Source: Eubacteriales bacterium (GTDB lineage: Bacteria > Bacillota > Clostridia > Oscillospirales > CAG-272). From it: 57,606 nt of DNA. Location: the NCBI GenBank assembly GCA_045597265.1, contig JAZODX010000210.1:1-57606 (forward strand), written 5' to 3'. The notes below the pieces were generated by a model. The model saw only the letters and a program-made list of their open reading frames with translations, was not told where the DNA came from and made no database searches. Made by a program: the position numbers and the translations under genes. This document shows, piece after piece, positions 55,014 through 57,606 of the stretch; the stretch's first letter is position 1, and every line of letters begins with the position of its first letter.

Positions 55014-55050
55014 CGGATGAACGAACCGGTGGTTTTGTTTATCCCTAATA
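55014..55050 (+). terminator. rho-independent terminator closing the rex...hydA unit
   Basis: 11-bp stem AAAACCACCGG / CCGGTGGTTTT followed by GTTT. Confidence 0.75.
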
Positions 55051-55190
55051 AAAGACGAGTGTGATTTTGATCAAAACAAACGAAATTGCAGAATTTACAT
55101 GAAAAATCAATCTGCGAATTCGTGCACCTGAATATATTCAATGAAGGTTTTCATGCTTTTGGACACCCATTTGTTTTTATGATAAATTGC

Positions 55191-55219
55191 TTGTGATTTG
55201 CGGCGAGATATGTTATAAT
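55191..55219 (+). promoter_or_regulatory. promoter of the GNAT-radical SAM operon (paralogue of the promoter at 56655)
   Basis: TTGTGA, 17 nt, TATAAT, with a TG-extended -10. Lies within a block shared with 56651-56704. Confidence 0.55.
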
Positions 55220-55337
55220 AAAAAACGAAATCAAAGGCAGCGACGGAAGGTCGAGCTTGTGGTCTGCCAATGACCTGGCCATAAAGTGAGAGGGCTTTTG
55301 TGGGTATTTGACGGCAGAAAATTATCGAGGTGCATCT

Positions 55338-55793
55338 ATGATTATTGAACTTGCCCACAACAAGGATAACTCCCAAATCGCGAGGCTGGACAGCCATATT
55401 CCGTCGTCGCGTTTGGGGGAGTGCATACGGAACGGTCAGGTTTACGTGCTGAAGGCGGATTCGATTAAGAACGCCGGAAAGGATCATCGTTTGATGGATC
55501 CCGTTGTCGGTGTTTTACGCTATAGCCTGTTTTGGCAGACGATACCTTTTCTTGATCTTCTGTATATTGATGAAGCATACAGGAATCTCGGGTTTGGTAC
55601 GAAAATGATACGCCAATGGGAAGAATCGATGTCAACAATGGGATATAAGTACGTTTTGACAAGTACCCAGGCCGATGAAGATGCGTGGGGATTTTATGAG
55701 AAGCTTGGTTATCACAAGGTCGGAGGCTTTTTTCCTCCCGAACAAGAGGCGGAAGAATGGCTTTATGCTAAAGCGTTGGAAAATAAAATATGA
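55338..55793 (+). CDS. GNAT family N-acetyltransferase
   Basis: LLYIDEAYRNLGFGTKMIRQWE acetyl-CoA binding motif. GAGGTG RBS. Confidence 0.7.
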   Translation: MIIELAHNKDNSQIARLDSHIPSSRLGECIRNGQVYVLKADSIKNAGKDHRLMDPVVGVLRYSLFWQTIPFLDLLYIDEAYRNLGFGTKMIRQWEESMSTMGYKYVLTSTQADEDAWGFYEKLGYHKVGGFFPPEQEAEEWLYAKALENKI

Positions 55794-56539
55794 ATCAATA
55801 TCTTAAAAATCTGAAAAAGATTGAGTTCGTCGTAACCTACGCCTGCACTGGGCGGTGTAAACACTGTTCCGAGGGAGTTCACACGTCCTGCGGTGAGCGG
55901 ATCGATCCGCAAATTGCTGCAGATGCGGTGCGAAAGATTGCGGCGGAGTATGATATACGAACGGTAATGACCTTTGGCGGCGAACCGCTTTTGTATCCCG
56001 ATGCCGTCTACGCGATTATGAAAACAGCCAAGGCACTGAATATCCCGGTGCGGCAGGTCATTACCAACGGCTATTTTTCCATGAGCACCGATAAAATCGG
56101 TGAGGTCACGGAGCAGCTTGCCTTGTGCGGCGTGAACGATCTGCTTTTGTCGGTGGATGCTTTCCATCAGGAAACGATACCGCTTGACATCGTGAAGCAG
56201 TTTGCTGCAGAAGCCAAACAGTGCGGTATACCGATTCGCCTTCAGCCTGCGTGGTTGGTGCGTGCGACGGATAACAATCCCTACAACCGAAAAACGAGAG
56301 CAATTCTCGATCGCTTTGCGGATATGGATATTCCCGTTAACTGCGGAAATATCATTTTCCCCGAAGGGAACGCCCTGAAATATCTCGCGGAGTATTTTGC
56401 AGACGGGACCCTCGGAAATCCATACGCAGTCGATCCGCGCGACGTTCGATGTGTTTCCTTCGAGCCGAACGGCAACGTTCTCGGCGGTAATGTGCGTGAG
56501 CGCGATATTATGGACATTATTGGCGATTACGTGCCGTAA
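55790..56539 (+). CDS. radical SAM protein (no SPASM extension)
   Basis: YACTGRCKHC (CxxxCxxC) and FGGEPLL motifs. ATGA overlap with the GNAT stop. Confidence 0.75.
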   Translation: MNQYLKNLKKIEFVVTYACTGRCKHCSEGVHTSCGERIDPQIAADAVRKIAAEYDIRTVMTFGGEPLLYPDAVYAIMKTAKALNIPVRQVITNGYFSMSTDKIGEVTEQLALCGVNDLLLSVDAFHQETIPLDIVKQFAAEAKQCGIPIRLQPAWLVRATDNNPYNRKTRAILDRFADMDIPVNCGNIIFPEGNALKYLAEYFADGTLGNPYAVDPRDVRCVSFEPNGNVLGGNVRERDIMDIIGDYVP

Positions 56540-56654
56540 AAATGGGAAAGAAACGACGTCCGACTTGTAAAATGTCGGTTAACGCAGATAAAAATTTCAA
56601 ATGCTTGTGTGTGTTGAATTCCAATATGTCGAACCGAGAGCAACAGCGCGTTGC

Positions 56655-56683
56655 TTGTGCTCGTTGTCGAGATATGCTATAAT
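56655..56683 (+). promoter_or_regulatory. promoter of the XRE-family regulator gene
   Basis: TTGTGC, 17 nt, TATAAT, with a TG-extended -10. Confidence 0.55.
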
Positions 56684-56713
56684 CAAAGTACAGAAATCAA
56701 AGGCGGTATTGGT

Positions 56714-57478
56714 ATGGAAACAAAGGACATTATTCGTGATCTCAGAACGAAAAACGGACTCTCCCAGGAGGAGCTTGCCGAAAAGGTATTCGTCACCCGT
56801 CAGGCGGTCAGCCGTTGGGAGAATGGTGAAACGGTACCCAACACCGAAACACTAAAGCTTCTCTCCAAGCTGTTTGATGTGTCTATCAATACGCTCCTCG
56901 GCTCTCCGAGAAAACTGATCTGTCAATGCTGCGGAATGCCGCTGGAGGATAGAAGTATCAGTAAAGAGAAGGACGGAATCTTCAACGAAGATTATTGCAA
57001 ATGGTGCTATGCCGACGGCGAATATATGTATCACGATATGGACGATCTGATCGAGGTTTGCGTAGCGAATATGGCAAGCGAAGCCTTCCCCTCGGAGCAG
57101 GCTCGCGCCTATTTGAAGGAAATGCTCCCCAAGCTCGACTATTGGAAGAAATATAAAAACCTCGACGACGGTGGTAAGTTTGAGGAGTTTAAGGCAGGGC
57201 TGATCGACGAGATCAACGCTCTTGGTGTAGAAGGGATGCCGAGGCTTGAAAATCTCAACGCTCTTGTGGGCGGCTACGTCAATCTTGAATACCGTCTCCC
57301 GGGCGGCAAGATCGTCAAATTTCTCGACGATAACGCCACCTATCTGGGGAATCAGCTCGAATGCGAATTCGGCGGGAACCGATGCTTCGGTGTCGTTGCC
57401 AATATGGACTTCATCCTCATTTGCACCTACGAGGAAAACGGCGAAAATCCCGAGCTTGTCATGTATAAGAAAAGATAA
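56714..57478 (+). CDS. XRE family transcriptional regulator with a C-terminal zinc-ribbon domain
   Basis: LRTKNGLSQEELAEKVFVTRQAVSRWENGETVPNTETL HTH_3 domain. CQCCG...CKWC zinc ribbon. Confidence 0.8.
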   Translation: METKDIIRDLRTKNGLSQEELAEKVFVTRQAVSRWENGETVPNTETLKLLSKLFDVSINTLLGSPRKLICQCCGMPLEDRSISKEKDGIFNEDYCKWCYADGEYMYHDMDDLIEVCVANMASEAFPSEQARAYLKEMLPKLDYWKKYKNLDDGGKFEEFKAGLIDEINALGVEGMPRLENLNALVGGYVNLEYRLPGGKIVKFLDDNATYLGNQLECEFGGNRCFGVVANMDFILICTYEENGENPELVMYKKR

Positions 57479-57480
57479 AA

Positions 57481-57522
57481 ATTGCCGCTGAGATGGATCT
57501 CTCCACCTCAGCGGCAATTTGC
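57481..57522 (+). terminator. hairpin terminator (weak U-tract)
   Basis: 12-bp stem ATTGCCGCTGAG / CTCAGCGGCAAT followed by TTGC. Confidence 0.5.
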
Positions 57523-57606
57523 ATTGGGATTCCCGGGAAAACAATGTTTTCTTGGGAGGTTATCTGACTACCGAGGAATGACTATAAATATAGAATTCCT
57601 CTTGGC

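Noticed and set aside
1-57606. Looked for rRNA/tRNA genes, CRISPR-cas, transposases, integrases, phage structural genes, toxin-antitoxin pairs and canonical defence-system genes.
   Set aside because: No ORF showed the corresponding motifs, such as DDE/tyrosine recombinase, Cas or restriction-modification signatures. No tRNA-like cloverleaf regions or terminal inverted repeats were noticed. Absence is based on manual inspection only and should be confirmed with tRNAscan-SE, Infernal, ISEScan and defence-system finders.

Overview
57.6-kb chromosomal window from a moderately GC-rich anaerobic Firmicute. Assignment to Clostridia, and the resemblance to gut Oscillospiraceae/Ruminococcaceae, are inferred from gene content only. 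I found no rRNA, tRNA, CRISPR array, transposase, integrase or prophage genes. Gene order: (1) an Opp-type peptide ABC transporter (tail of oppB, then oppC, oppD, oppF) in which all three complete subunits carry large non-canonical insertions. (2) Housekeeping genes on the minus strand: pfkA, cinA, an MscS channel, and nifS-nifU-rrf2. (3) A mixed block: PHP phosphoesterase, GH78-like protein, bile-salt hydrolase, TspO, cyclase, Bcp, M48 peptidase, nitroreductase and a GH20-like protein. (4) A roughly 13-kb accessory locus around an AraC regulator. It encodes an MBL-fold lipoprotein, an orphan solute-binding lipoprotein, a repeat-bearing wall-anchored protein, a TIM-barrel/SIS/Gfo-Idh-MocA operon, a frameshifted beta-lactamase-family lipoprotein, and a large surface protein interrupted by an in-frame TGA. 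A 34-bp element is shared by two promoters in this locus. (5) Miscellaneous small genes: flavin reductase, metF, GNAT, CPBP protease, ICMT-like methyltransferase, TipAS, SDR, a P-loop kinase, def, DUF218, esterase, MmcQ and LysR. (6) The most system-like feature is a tightly packed 10-kb unit, rex-adhE-kinase-fdx-fdx-hydS(PAS)-PP2C-ldh-hydA. It has a Rex operator over its promoter and a candidate small RNA just upstream. I read it as a largely uncharacterised H2/redox-sensing signalling module wired to the three main reductant sinks. (7) A GNAT-radical SAM operon and an XRE/zinc-ribbon regulator that share a duplicated promoter-leader block. All coordinates come from manual reading of the sequence and ORF track. 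Functional calls rest on recognisable motifs, not on database searches.
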